Shown here one piece after another: positions 1 through 11,411 of a stretch of 64,000 bases of DNA. The position numbers and the translations under genes are program-made. Positions within the stretch are counted from its first letter, which is position 1. Each line of letters starts with the position of its first letter. The notes beneath the pieces were generated by a model. That model ran no database searches. It was given only the letters and a program-made list of their open reading frames with translations, and had not been told where the DNA came from. This DNA is from Mobula birostris (taxonomy: Eukaryota), in NCBI RefSeq assembly GCF_030028105.1, contig NC_092374.1, forward strand, positions 46,075,016 to 46,139,015. Reading direction: 5' to 3'.

Positions 1-1592
1 TCAGCTATACTGGACTGAGCGTTATGTAGCGAACTGGAGGTGATTTGGGAGCTTAAGGTATAAGAACTCCTAGGAGACATTGATCACAATATGATTGAGC
101 TCAGCTTGAAAATTGATAGGGAGAAAGTAAAGCCTGACATAGCAGTATTTCGGTGGAGTGAAGGAAATTACAGTGGTATGAGAGAGGAGTTGGCCAAGGT
201 AAAATGGAGGGAGATGCTGGCAGAGATGACAGTAGAGCAGCAATGGTGTGAGTTTCTAGGAAAAATGAGGAAGGTGCCGGATAGATGTATTCCAAAAACA
301 AAGATGCTCAGATGGCAAAATAGTACAGCTGTGGCTGACAAGAGAAGCCAAAGCGTACATAAAAGCAAAAGAGAGGGCATACAGGAAAGCAAAAATGATT
401 GGAAAACTTTAAAAACCCTACAGAGAGTAACTAAAAGAATAATTAGGAGGGAAAAGGTGAAATATGAAAGCAAGCTAGCAAACAATATCAAAGTTGATAG
501 TAAAAGCTTTTTTAAGTATGTAAAAAATAAAAGAGAGATGTGAGTCAATATGGGACTGCTAGAAAATGAGGCCGGAGAAATAATAACAGGGGACAAGGAG
601 ATGACAGATGAATTAAATGAGTATTTTGCATCAGTCTTCACTGTAGAAGACATGAGCAGTGTGCCAGATGTTGAAGGGTGTGAGGGAAGATAAGTGAGTG
701 TCGTTGCTATTGCAAGGGAGAAGGTGCTCAAAAAGTTGAAAGACTTAAGAGTACATAAGTCATCCAAAGCAGATGAACTGTACCCTAGGGTTCTGAAAGA
801 AATAGCAGTAGAAATTGTGGAGGCATTATTAATGATCTTTCATAAATCATTGGACTCTGGCATGGTGCCAGAGGACTGGAAAATTGCAAATGTCACTCCA
901 CTCTTCAAGAAAGGAGGAAAACAGTAGAAAGGAAATTATAGACCAGTTAGCCTGACCTCAGTGGTTGGGAAGTTGTTGGAGTCAATTGTTAAGGATGAGC
1001 CTATGGAGTATTTGGTGACATAGGACAAAATAGGATAAAGTTAAGCATGGTTTCCTTAAGGAAAAATCTTGCAGGATGAACCTGCTGGAATTATTTGAGG
1101 AGATTACAAGTAGGATAGATAAAAGGGATGCAGAGGATGTATATTTGGACTTTCAGAAGGCCCTTGATAACGTGAAAACTTTTCCGGATGGCTGCCAGTG
1201 ACTAATGGTGTTCTGCAGGGGTTTGTGTTGGGACTGCTTCTTTTTATGCTGTATATAAATGATTTAGATGATGGAATAGATGGCTTTGCTGCCAGGTTTG
1301 TAGATGATACAAAGATTGGTGAAGGAGCGGGTAGTGTCGTGGAAACAAGAAGGCTGCAGAAGGGCTTAGACGCATTAGGACAATGGGCAAGAAAGTCACA
1401 AATGAAATACAATGTTGGAAAATGCATGATCATGCACTTTGGTGGAAGAAATAAATGAGTAGACTATTTTCTAAATGGGAGAAAGTCCAGAATCTGAGCT
1501 GCAAATTAACTTGGGAGTCCTTGTGCAGAACACCCTAAATCTTAACTTGCTGGTGAGGAAGGGAAATGCAATGTTAGCATTCATTTCAATAG
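1..1592 (+). mobile_element. CR1 LINE ORF2 remnant (EN tail and RT), continues at 3891
   Basis: ORF pieces KSFFKYVKNKR, PEDWKIANVTPLFKKG, GVLQG..LF..YINDLDDG, FVDDTK; many stops and frameshifts. Confidence 0.95.
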
Positions 1593-1992
1593 CAGAGATC
1601 CCACCCTGCAAAAACTCATTTCAGGGAGGTAGCACCCTTGACCCCCGCAACCCCATATTCCCCCCCCCCCCCCGTGGACCTCCAAGGGTGCACGTAATAC
1701 TTAAATTAATGATTTTGTCTAATCTGTAAACCAATTTGGGTATATGCAGCAAATGTGCATTAAAATATGTACTTATATTATATTATCATGTTTATTCTAT
1801 TTCAACTTTAAGCAAGTCTACAGGGAGTTTGGCCTCATCACGTAGGACATCAATAGCGTAGCTCCTTGGCAGCTAGTTAGCTTGTTTAAATTAGGGGTGC
1901 CCAACCTTTTCTGCACCGTGGACTGGTTCAATATTGACAATATTCTTGTGGACCGGCGGGAATTGAGTGTTAAACGCAACTGGAATATAGGT

Positions 1993-2673
1993 AATGACCT
2001 GACTTGGTCCAACCAAGCAGAGTTCACTGCCAAGAAGGCCCACCAGCACCTTTACTTCCTGAGAAAACTAAAGAAATTTGGCCTGTCCCCTAAAACCCTC
2101 ACTAATTTTTATAAATGCACCGTAGAACGCATTCTTCTAGGGTGCATCACAACCTTGGAAGTTGTCCTGTCCAAGACCGGAAGAAGCTGCAGAAGGTCGT
2201 GAGCATGGTGCAGCACATCACGCAAACCAATCTTCCGTCCTTGGACTCACTTTACACCGCACGCTGTCGGAGCGGTGCTGCCAGGATAATCAAGGACACG
2301 ACCCACCCAGCCAACACACTTTTCGTCCCTCTTCCCTCCGGGATAAAGCTCAAGAGCTTGAAGACTCGTATGGCCAGATTTGGGAACAGCTTCTTTCCAA
2401 CTGTGATAAGACTGCTGAACGGATCCTGACCCGGATCTGGGCCGTACCCTCCAAATATCCAGACCTGCCTCTCGGTTTTTTTGCACTACCTTACTTTCCA
2501 TTTTCTATTTTCTATTTATGACTTATAATTTAAGTTTTTAATATTTACTAATTTTTACTATTTTTAATATTTAATATTTGTAATCCAGGGAGTGGGAAGC
2601 ACAGAATCAAATATCGCTGTGATGATTGTACGTTCTAGTATCAATTGTTTGGCGACAATAAAGTATAAAGTAT
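1993..2673 (+). mobile_element. 5'-truncated LINE (Rex1/L2-type RT C-terminus and 3' UTR)
   Basis: DLTWS...KKAHQHLYFLRKLKKF...NSFFPTVIRLLN; AATAAAGTATAAAGTAT tail. Confidence 0.85.
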
Positions 2674-2809
2674 AATAAGTCAACTATAAGTCACTTGTAA
2701 GTGGCCAATACACTCAATTTCATTTCTAAAGGTGTTTATCTAATGAATTTAATATTAAACACACAACGCATATTTCCCTCGCTTGAATGTAGTGATAAGT
2801 CAATTATAA

Positions 2810-3104
2810 CAGTGGTCCCAAACCTCCAGGCCGCAAAGAATGCAGCGGTACAGCGGTAGGCAGAACGCACCCGGCACATCTTTAAGAAAAAAGCTGAAAT
2901 AAACAAGCTAATTGATTAGGTGCCGCCTGGCACGTAAATGTCGGCCCAGATCAGAGACGAATCGCCTCTGATCTGGGCTGACATTTATGTGCCGGGCGGC
3001 ACCTAATTAATTAGCTTGTTTATTTTGGCTTTTTTCTTAAAGATGTGCTGGGTGTGTTCCGGCCACCGCTGTATTCTTCGTGGCCTGGAGGCTGGGGACC
3101 ACTG
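2810..3104. mobile_element. Palindromic hAT MITE
   Basis: About 295-bp near-complete inverted repeat, ends CAGTGGTCCC/GGGACCACTG, perfect 8-bp TSD AATTATAA (2802-2809, 3105-3112). Confidence 0.95.
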
Positions 3105-3890
3105 AATTATAAGTCACTTATAATTCAATAACATTTTAAGTAACGTTTGGATAGTAAACACACTGCATATTTTCCTCGTATGAACATATTAAATCATTGC
3201 AACACACCAATATTGCTGAATCAGTGGGAGACCTGGTCTTGTTTTCCTGCAATAAGATGGTCCTATCAAGGAGTGATGGGAGACAGTGATACTCGAAGGG
3301 GGTTCCTTATGTCCAGTCTATTCTGCAATTTAGTTTTCATTGCATTCATTGCAGAAAACTCCGCTTCGCAGAAATATGTTGGAAATGGAAGCAACGTTTT
3401 CAGTGCTTTCGTGGCTATCTCAGGATATTCAGCCTTGACTTTGATCCAGAATGCCGGCAGAGATGTTATGTCAAACATACTTTTCGGCCCACCATCATTT
3501 GCAAGCTCGAGGAGTTGATCTTTTTCCCGCGCTGACATGGATGATTCACTGGGGACATTCACAAGTGGGTCACAGGCCCATTCCTTTGCACGTCTTGGGT
3601 CACTGATGACCTCGTGTGTGTTAAAATTCAACAGTGCGTGACAGGGAATAAGGAAAGGTGCAGCTGACTCATATCATTTCATGTCACCAAATCATATTGT
3701 TTCCTCATGGTCCGGTGGTTGGGGACCACTCTTAGCATGAAGAGAGACCAATCAGGATGCTCACTCTCCCCCTCCTTCTCCCTCTCAAAAAAATCTATTT
3801 CCGGGATATTGTGTATAATTTCCGGGCATCAGGGAGCCACTATCGATATGCGGGAGACTCCTGGAACTTCCGGGAGAGGTGGGATGTCTG

Positions 3891-4230
3891 CAACAGGTCC
3901 AAAATACAAGAGTAGGGATGTGATGCTGAGGCTTTATAAGGCACTGGTGAGGACTCACCTTGAGAACTGTGAACAGTTGAAGCCTCCTCATCTAAGAAAA
4001 GATGCGCTGGCATTGGAGAGGGTTCAGAGGAGGTTCACAAGGATGATTCCTACAAGGAACGTTTGATAGCTCTGGATCTGTACTCGCTGGACTTTAGAAG
4101 GATGGTGGGGGGCGGGGGATTGTGGTTGGGGAATCTCATTGAAACCTTTTGAATGTTGAAGGATCTAGACAGAGTAGATGTGGAAAGGATGTTTCCCATG
4201 GTGGGGAAGTCAAAGCAAGGGGGCACAAGA
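3891..4230 (+). mobile_element. CR1 LINE ORF2 3' part (continuation of 1-1592)
   Basis: YKSRDVMLRLYKALVRTHLE...LERVQRRFTRMIP. Confidence 0.9.
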
Positions 4231-4479
4231 GGAGCAAGTCATGGGATAAAGCAGCAGCCAGTGAAAACAAGTCTAGACAGGATAGGCAGGGACAAGGTAA
4301 AGGCAGGGAATGAAATGCTCAATTAAACAGCATTTATTTCAATGCCCGAGCCTTAACAAGTAAAGTAGACAGACTCTGTGGATTAGCTCTGAGAAATATA
4401 ACATAGTTGAGTAAAGGGCAGGACTGGCAGACCAATATTTCCATGGTGTAGATGCTCATGTGTGCATGCAAGTAAGGGA

Positions 4480-4781
4480 AATTGATTATTCTGCTATGCA
4501 ACATCTTAGAAAAAAAGTTAATTCAAATTGTGAGTGCTCTAGAAACAACATCCAATGGCCTGGAGAATCTGCCAGCATAACACCACTGGCAGTCTAGCCT
4601 TGGTATGTTTTTTGCAGGTGTTTAAGCCACAGCAGCCACTGATGAATTCTTTCATTAGAATCCAGTTTAAAGAGGTAGTTGCTGCTTTTGTTATAGTTAG
4701 AGGTACTTTAAAAACAGCCTGTCTTCTGGGTATCTTTGAGGTTCTTATCAAAATTGGAGTTCATGGTAGTCAAGTTTATGT
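4480..4781 (-). pseudogene. Degenerate Ig V-domain exon
   Basis: After an AG acceptor, ordered motifs across frameshifts: DINLT, *TP..SKIPRRQAVF, SLNW, QWLL, GRFS, LTI, DVA, with V-like spacing. Confidence 0.55.
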
Positions 4782-5014
4782 CTAATAGTTGAGAGTAATA
4801 GACCCAACAATTTACAGGACTAGCCATCAATGTGGATCAGCTATGTCAGTGATACAGAATTAATGTGCTTCACAGGGAATCCAACTGAAGGATTTGCATA
4901 ATACTGTCAAGTTGCTAGAAATACTCGGGGCTTGTGTTATTTCCCAAATGTTATTGATAAACACCAATTGTTGTTAATACGTTCTGTAGTACTGAGTTCT
5001 CTGTCATATCTTTC

Positions 5015-5340
5015 TCTGGGTGTAAAGTAATGTCGTTCCATCTCCACTGAGACTTAAACCTAATCAATTCTCACTGCCTGAAGGTGTATTGGATTTCTGA
5101 TTCAAGAGCTGAAGTATTACAGGGTTAATTGCTTCAATGAATTACATGGGAAACAGTACTTATCATTTACATAGATAAACAAATACAACATCCTCCTTCC
5201 CCCATTCTCCATGGCATTGTGTAAAAATTCCAAGGACAAAACACAGGGAGAGACTGGGCTCAGACGATGCAATTCAAGCCCCATTTTAATAATCTATTTT
5301 CAATTGCTGTCCTTATTTACAGCAGGAGATGCCTTTGCAA
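5015..5340 (-). pseudogene. Degenerate VJ-type (NKp30-like) V exon
   Basis: SPAV, LNC, PWRMGE, YT(F for C)R, then J-like SGDGTTLL at about 5025-5048. Confidence 0.45.
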
Positions 5341-5620
5341 TATGTCCACTTCTAATTGTGCCTTTATCAGTGATGACTCTGCAGTTATCTTACCAAAAGG
5401 CTTTAATTGTAATGTAATAAGTTCTTAAATATTTGACTAAAGGAAGTTAAATTGGGGAAAAGGTTGATTGAAAATATGACATGAATTACATGTTTGTGTG
5501 AGAGTGGTGGACTTCAGTGGTTCAAGACAATAGCTCAGCAGCACTTCTCAATAGGATAAGGATGATGAAATAGCAGCTCAGCCTGTGAAACCCACATCCC
5601 TTTAATGAATAAAAAAACAT

Positions 5621-5677
5621 ATTAAAGATTCATACAATAAAGCCTAGTGAGACCATACTATCTGTGCTAGCACAGTG
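5621..5677 (+). pseudogene. V-segment 3' end followed by RSS-type heptamer
   Basis: LKIHTIKPSET then TACTAT(c)TGTGCTAG directly followed by CACAGTG (5671-5677); no convincing nonamer. Confidence 0.4.
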
Positions 5678-5698
5678 AAAGCAATCTAATTTCATCAG

Positions 5699-5890
5699 GG
5701 ACACAAGAGATAGTGGATGTTAGAATATGAACAACAGACAGTCTGCTGGAGAAACTTGATGGGACAAGCAGCATCTCTAAGAGGAAAGAAATGATGCAGG
5801 GTTTCTTTCCAAAACGTTAATAGGGCTTTTCCTCCCACAGACCCTGCTTGGCCCCACTGAGTTCCTCAGGCAGATTGTTTGTTCCTCCTA
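5699..5890. repeat. Old Penelope pseudo-LTR-derived fold-back repeat
   Basis: Resembles the pLTR at 11412/35293; partial self-complementarity (TCTGCTGGAGAAACT...AGTTCCTCAGGCAGA). Confidence 0.55.
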
Positions 5891-6425
5891 ACTTTATCAG
5901 CCTCATTCCTCTCATTACTCAATGCTTTGATCCAAATTCACCAAAACCACACCTATCTCTCAGACTAATTTAGTGGTTCCAGTCAGTCCAAGTCAGTAAT
6001 CTGTGGAATTTGCTGAGCCTTGCTACAATTTCCACCTAACAGCATTAACTGTTGTGCCAGGGCTTTACTGTTAAGTGCTATCCTAATCGCAGTGAACAGG
6101 GCCTTGCAATTAATCTGTATGATTAGACCCCACATGAATGCTAAACTGTTTATTTCTAGCACCATTCTTTGTTGCCTCAATTCATGGACAAACCTTTAAA
6201 ACAAGATTACAGGAATATGATTGCTAAATGGATCTCATTCAAAGTTGAGGTGAATTCACCAAGGATGAATAACTGAGAAATTCCTTGCAAATTTACTGAT
6301 ACTCCGTTTTCAATGGTTATAAATAGTCAACACCTCCTAACATGGATTTTATAAGAAAGAAAGTTTCAATCCTGTAAGAGGTCTGGAAAAAAAACACATG
6401 ATGCTTTTATATATAAATATATTGT

Positions 6426-6431
<6 letters not shown>

Positions 6432-6458
<27 letters not shown>
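6432..6458. repeat. (TA)n microsatellite
   Basis: About 13 TA units. Confidence 0.95.
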
Positions 6459-6464
<6 letters not shown>

Positions 6465-6559
6465 ATAATCAAAATAGCTATGAATTCAGAGCATAAGAAA
6501 AATATTGTTTGAAAGGTTTGAATGTACTAAACAATAATTCATACTGGAGATTTCTACTC

Positions 6560-6895
6560 ACCTCTATTGCAAAGACCCACTGATTTTTTTTTCCATTGCC
6601 CAAAAGCACAAATAGTATTGATTGGTGAAATAATAATAGCCTTCTACTGGGATTTTTATAAGTTTCAAAAAGAGAAACCTATGCATTTCTGATGACAACA
6701 CCTACTGAGTTCAATACATCAAAAACTAACTCTATCGGTGGAATGTAACAATCTTCATAGAATTCATCGATCTAAATGCCTAAGGCATTGTCAGCTATCA
6801 TTAGAAACGTGACTGAAGATAGAACGGTATAATGTCAGCAAATTACTGTTGTTCTATTAAATATTCACCTCCACCATACACCAGACTGAATTTAT
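6560..6895 (+). pseudogene. Degenerate joined VJ-type exon
   Basis: One frame from 6564 reads LLQRP...IVLI(G for C)EIIIAFYW...EKP; later IIRNVTED, SANYCC and TRLNL ending at a phase-1 GTAAG donor (6896). Confidence 0.55.
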
Positions 6896-8052
6896 GTAAG
6901 AACATCCCATTTATTGTGTGCATTCAAGCATATCGTCGGCCTGAATTTGGGGCATAAAACTGAATGTTTTCATTTAATCTTTATAGCACCATTATTCCCA
7001 AGCATAATAGAAAACAATCCAATGACATTGTGCATTTCTAATTGTAACTGTTGAATACACTGCAAAACATCAATGTAATAAAAGTAAATATTTAACTATT
7101 TCATGGTTTATTAAATGTATTACTGTCAAATTGCAACCTCAAAACAGCCTGTTTTGTAAAACTATTATTTCGAACAGTACACAAGTTCAGTGCAGATTGT
7201 CCATAATTTGTACTCAGCACTGGATGTGAATATTCATTGTTCTCTTTAAAATGTTGATCGTAACAAGTATATTCACAGTAAAAACAGAAGAAAGAAATGG
7301 GTCTTTGACCTGAAATGCTAACTTGCCTTCTCTCTACAGATGCAGACAAGCCTGCTGAAGATTTCCAGTATTCGTTTTTTTAACTTTTCAGTATCTGCAA
7401 TCCGTTTTTGATTTTCAATTATATCCACAATATTGAAGTAATATGTCCAGGTTTTGAAGGCATTTCTGGATTGGATATTACCTGATGAATGTCCAGGAAG
7501 CCACGTATGATACAACTTGGCGCCTCTGTGAAGTGATGCTTCTTGTATCCGCTAGATAAAGTACTCTTCACCTGTGTCAAAGAGCCAATGATAACAAAAA
7601 GTTTATATGAATACTTGTTTTGCTATTTTAAGAGCAGCAGTCATGGATCAATGTTCAGCAGAGATCTAAATTAAGAAGTTTATTTCTTGACTAATTTCTT
7701 AAAGCCTTTATTTCACAGGATTTTCCATAACATATCATTTTTTCTAAACCAGAGTGACAACATTTTGAATGAATAATTAAAAAAAAATTCTGGGAGAGAA
7801 ACTGTATAAGTATAGTGAGACAGGTACAGACTGACCCAGTTCTGTTTTTATAGATATCCAGAGGTCAATTTTATCTTTAAGTCCAAGAATACACAAAAAT
7901 TACTATGGCAACTATACCTCCACACATCAAAAGCACACAAGACTGATAAAAAATATTATTTTAGGTGGAGAGAGGGAAGTAATTCTGACATTTGTAAGAA
8001 GAAACATGTATACAATACGTAAGACTTGAATTTAATAATATTATGAGAGCTT

Positions 8053-8111
8053 ATTTGCATATACCAACATCTGAAAGTCAGACATTAATAATGGGGGGCT
8101 GCCTGTATAAA
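8053..8111 (+). promoter_or_regulatory. Octamer plus TATA box, Ig-light-chain-type promoter arrangement
   Basis: ATTTGCAT 8053-8060, TATAAA 8106-8111, ATG at 8141. Confidence 0.45.
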
Positions 8112-8140
8112 GCAGAAGAGCAGAAGAGATGTTTGAGATG

Positions 8141-8452
8141 ATGACGTTTGCATAGGGGTCTGGATCATTTTTCCTGTCCAACTTGGGTCTCTCTCTCTTC
8201 AATACTTTTTAAAATATTGTATTGATGCAGCTACCTGCTTTCTTTTTTCTCTCTCCCAAAATGGATAATATCCTTGTGGAAAGTTAATTCCAATGAATTC
8301 CTAAGGTTTGACATCTATTTGGAGACTGTCCAGACATATGTCAAGCTGTTCAAAGCAAGATGTTTTCTCTTTACTTACAGGTTTTTGTACAGACTAAGGA
8401 ACATTTTTGTGAGCATTACTATAGTCCGGAAAGCAATTAATTACATGGTATG
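8141..8452 (+). pseudogene. Leader exon (8141-8186, 46 nt) plus 5' part of a V exon (from 8381)
   Basis: MTFA*GSGSFFLSNL G|GT; pyrimidine tract TTACAG acceptor; C-EHYYSPESN..(W)Y pattern; cut off by LINE insertions. Confidence 0.35.
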
Positions 8453-8617
8453 ATCCTTAAAGAAATATAGAAATTACAGGCCCTTTGGACCAAGATGTTG
8501 TGCTGACTTTTTTACCTATTCCAAGCTCAATCCAACACTTACTTCCTGCATAGCCCTCCATTTTTTTCAAGAAGTAGTGCCTTACAGCAATAATTATTGT
8601 ACACAACCAATATCACA

Positions 8618-9440
8618 TCAGAATCAGATTTAATATTGCTAGCATATGTCATGAAATTTGATGTTATGCGTTAGCAGTACATTGCAATACATAATAATAA
8701 AACATTATTGTAAATGATAGTAAGACGTATTATATATATATTTAAAATATCTTAAATAAGTAGTGCAAAGAGAGGAAAAAAAGTAAAAAAAATAGCGAGG
8801 TAGTGTTCATGGGTTCAATATCCATTCAGAAATCTGATGGCAGAGGGGAAGAAACTATTGCTGAATCATTGAGTGTGTGCCTTAAGGCTCCTGTATGTCA
8901 TCCCTGATGGTAGCAATGAGAACAGGACATGTCATGGGTGATGGGGTCCTTAATGATGGATGCTGCCTTTCTGAGGCACAGCTCCTTGAAGATGCCTTTG
9001 ATGCTAGTTCCCAAGATGGAGCAGACTGAGTTTACAACTGTCTGCAGCTTATTTTGATCCCGTGCAGTGGCCCCTCCATACCAGACAGTGATGCAGCCAG
9101 TTAAAGTGCTCTCCACAGTACTGTAGAAATTTGAAAGTGTCTTTGGTGATATACCAAATCCCCTCAAACTCCTAATGAAATACAGCCGCTGTTGTGCCTT
9201 CTTTCTAACTGCATTGATATGTTAGGCCCAGAACAGATCCTCTGATGTTGACATCCAGGAACATGAAACTGCTCTCCCTTTCCACTTCTGATACCTCGAT
9301 GAGGGCTGGTATGTATTCCCTTCCCTTACCCTTTCTGAAGTCCACAATCAATTCCTTGGTTTTATTGGCCTTGAACTACAAGGATTTTGCTGCAACACCA
9401 CTCAACTAGCTAAACTATCTAAACTATCTCGCTTCTGTAA
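8618..9440 (-). mobile_element. LINE 3' fragment (Rex1/L2-type)
   Basis: ORF 8898-9167 FGISPKTLSNFY.STVES.LTGCITVWYG. Confidence 0.85.
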
Positions 9441-9604
9441 GCTTGCTTCCAAATCTCACCACTGCCTCATCTGGATATGATTCAGACTTGATTCCTTTTT
9501 ACTCCTCCTTGATTTTGTTATCTCCATTTCTGTGGATAATGGTCAACCAATGTCCACTCTAAGCTGGCGAATCCACATAATAGCCTTAATACATTTCCTC
9601 AGGG

Positions 9605-11140
9605 TAATGTAATTGGCGGAAATGTACATAATTCACAACCACCGACATTGAATTGTGTTTCACTTTTAATGGCTGGTCCGACATGATGACGTAATTATAT
9701 AAAGGATTTTTAGTGTGCTTTGACTTCAGTTTTTCTGGTGTTCAGTAAATGAGCTCTTGTGACTTTTCTGAAACATAAAACGTCTCCGCTGTTTAATTTG
9801 CGAAAACTTACATTGGTGAATTTGATGCTCTAGAATGATTTCAGAGTTATTGAACATGTCAGTCAATGCAGTTGCTTTGAAACTGCTGGAGTTTTGGGAG
9901 CAAAATGCTGTTGCTTGGTTCATACAAGCTGAGGCTCAATCCACGCTTCGAAAAATCTTTGCCAACAACACCAGATATTTCTGTGTGTTAGTGTCACTCA
10001 GCAACTCCATGGCTGTGAGAGTGATGAGTCTATTAGAAGACTTGCCTGAATATAATAAATACCGATTGCTGAAAACTCACCTTTTACAGACTTCTAGGCT
10101 ATAGGAGTCTGAGTGCACCAAACAGTTGCTCTTCTTGCCTAGCCTCAGCAATGGTAAGACTCTTGCATTAACAAAGGAGCTGGCTGTGGATTACAGGAGG
10201 AATGGAGACAGGCAAACTCCAATTGACATCAATGGATCTGGGGCTGAGGGGGTAAACAGCTTTAAGTTCCTCGGCATCCACATCACCGAGGAACTCACGT
10301 GGTCTGTACACACCAGCTGTGTGGTGAAAAAGGCACAACGGTGCCTCTTTCACCTCAGACAGTTGAGGAAGTTTGGTATGGGCCCCCAGATCCTATGAAC
10401 TTTCTACAGGGACACAATTGAGAGCATCTTGACTGGCTGCATCACTGCCTGGTATGGGAACTGTACCTCCCTTAATCACAGGATTCTGCAGAGAGTGGTG
10501 TGGACAGCCCAGTGCATCTGTAGTTGTGAACTTCCCATAATTCAGGACATTTACAATGACAGGTGTGTAAAAAGGGCCTGTAGGATCATTGGGGACCTGA
10601 GTCACGCCAACCACAATCTATTGCAGCTGCTTCCATCTGGGAAACGGTACTGCAGCATAAAAGCCAGGACTAACAGTCTCTGGAACAGCTTCTTCCACCA
10701 GGCCATCAGACTGATTAACTCACACTGATCTGAGTGCATTTCTATGTTACATTGACTGTTCTATTTATTATAAATTACTATGATTGCAAATTACACATTT
10801 AGACAGAGACATAATGTAAAGATTTTTACTCCTCATGTATGTGAAGGATGTAAGAAATAAAGTCAATTCAATTCAATCCCACCTCATTTGTTTTCACCCA
10901 CAATGATGCACACCAATATGCTCTTAAACCCCCTCAAGATAGCCCGTTCTGTGTTTTGGAACAGGGAGAAAAGACTTTTATCATAGATAAGAGGGGTAAG
11001 CCTGAATTTATTTCTGTAGCTCACCTTAAACTGGCCCACCAAGATTTGGAGAACTCCACTACCATGTCTCTGCCATCACGATATGACCATGAGTGTGTCA
11101 AGGCACCTCTGGATGAGCCAGAGACACCCAGAGCTCCAGT
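9605..11140 (+). mobile_element. Internally deleted Gypsy LTR retrotransposon (LTR, PBS, gag, integrase C-terminus)
   Basis: TACA-TTGGTGA LTR/PBS junction near 9810; gag NAVALKL.EFW....AWF.QAEAQ; IN tail GEKTFII...G....ISV..LK.AH. Confidence 0.75.
10168..10878 (+). mobile_element. LINE 3' fragment inserted in Gypsy gag
   Basis: TKELAVDYRR...FKFLGIHI...LTWS...NSFFHQAIRLIN; (TCAAT)n tail. Confidence 0.9.
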
Positions 11141-11411
11141 GCAATATTACCTTTCCCTCCCGCCTTCTTTTGACATTCTAATTAAACCATCCACTCTGTG
11201 ACACCGTCACCCCAGCCTGAGTCCACTCTCCTACTACCTCAACTCTTTACCCTTCCTATAGCTGCCCACACCCTAGATGAAGGTGCAATACTTGCCTGTT
11301 CAACACTTCCATTGTCACCATCCAGAGCCCAAAACGATCCTCTCAGATGAAACAGGTTTCCCTGTGCTTTCAGTTTTTTTACTAGAATGAATAGAGGAAC
11401 ATGATAATTTT

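Larger units (their letters stand above)
1892..3731 (-). mobile_element. Internally deleted hAT/Charlie (Buster) element with transposase C-terminal dimerisation domain (about 3266-3631)
   Basis: Ends TAGGGGTGCCCAACC and GGTTGGGGACCACT; ORF FWIKVKAEYPEIATKALKTLLPFPT..CEA.FS...KTKL.NRL is typical of Charlie/Buster transposases. Confidence 0.85.
1593..3890. mobile_element. Non-autonomous TIR DNA transposon (hAT-like) inserted in CR1
   Basis: TIRs CAGAGATCCCACC (1593) and GGTGGGATGTCTG (3890), 1 mismatch; flanks CAATAG/CAACAG (6-bp TSD-like); CR1 reading AFIS|..YKSRDVMLRLY resumes after it. Confidence 0.8.

Noticed and set aside
168-767. Long antisense ORFs over LINEs (also 11239-11811 and 57812-58177)
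   Set aside because: Shadow frames of TE coding or purine-rich sequence.
3266-3631. Domesticated ZBED/SCAND3-type gene
   Set aside because: Only the C-terminal fragment is present, between TIRs and inside nested TEs.
5345-5395. Plus-strand DDSAV motif
   Set aside because: Isolated, with no following Y-x-C; the adjacent region is better explained on the minus strand.
8380-8420. Perfect RSS nonamer GGTTTTTGT
   Set aside because: No heptamer at 12 or 23 bp; it overlaps a splice acceptor.
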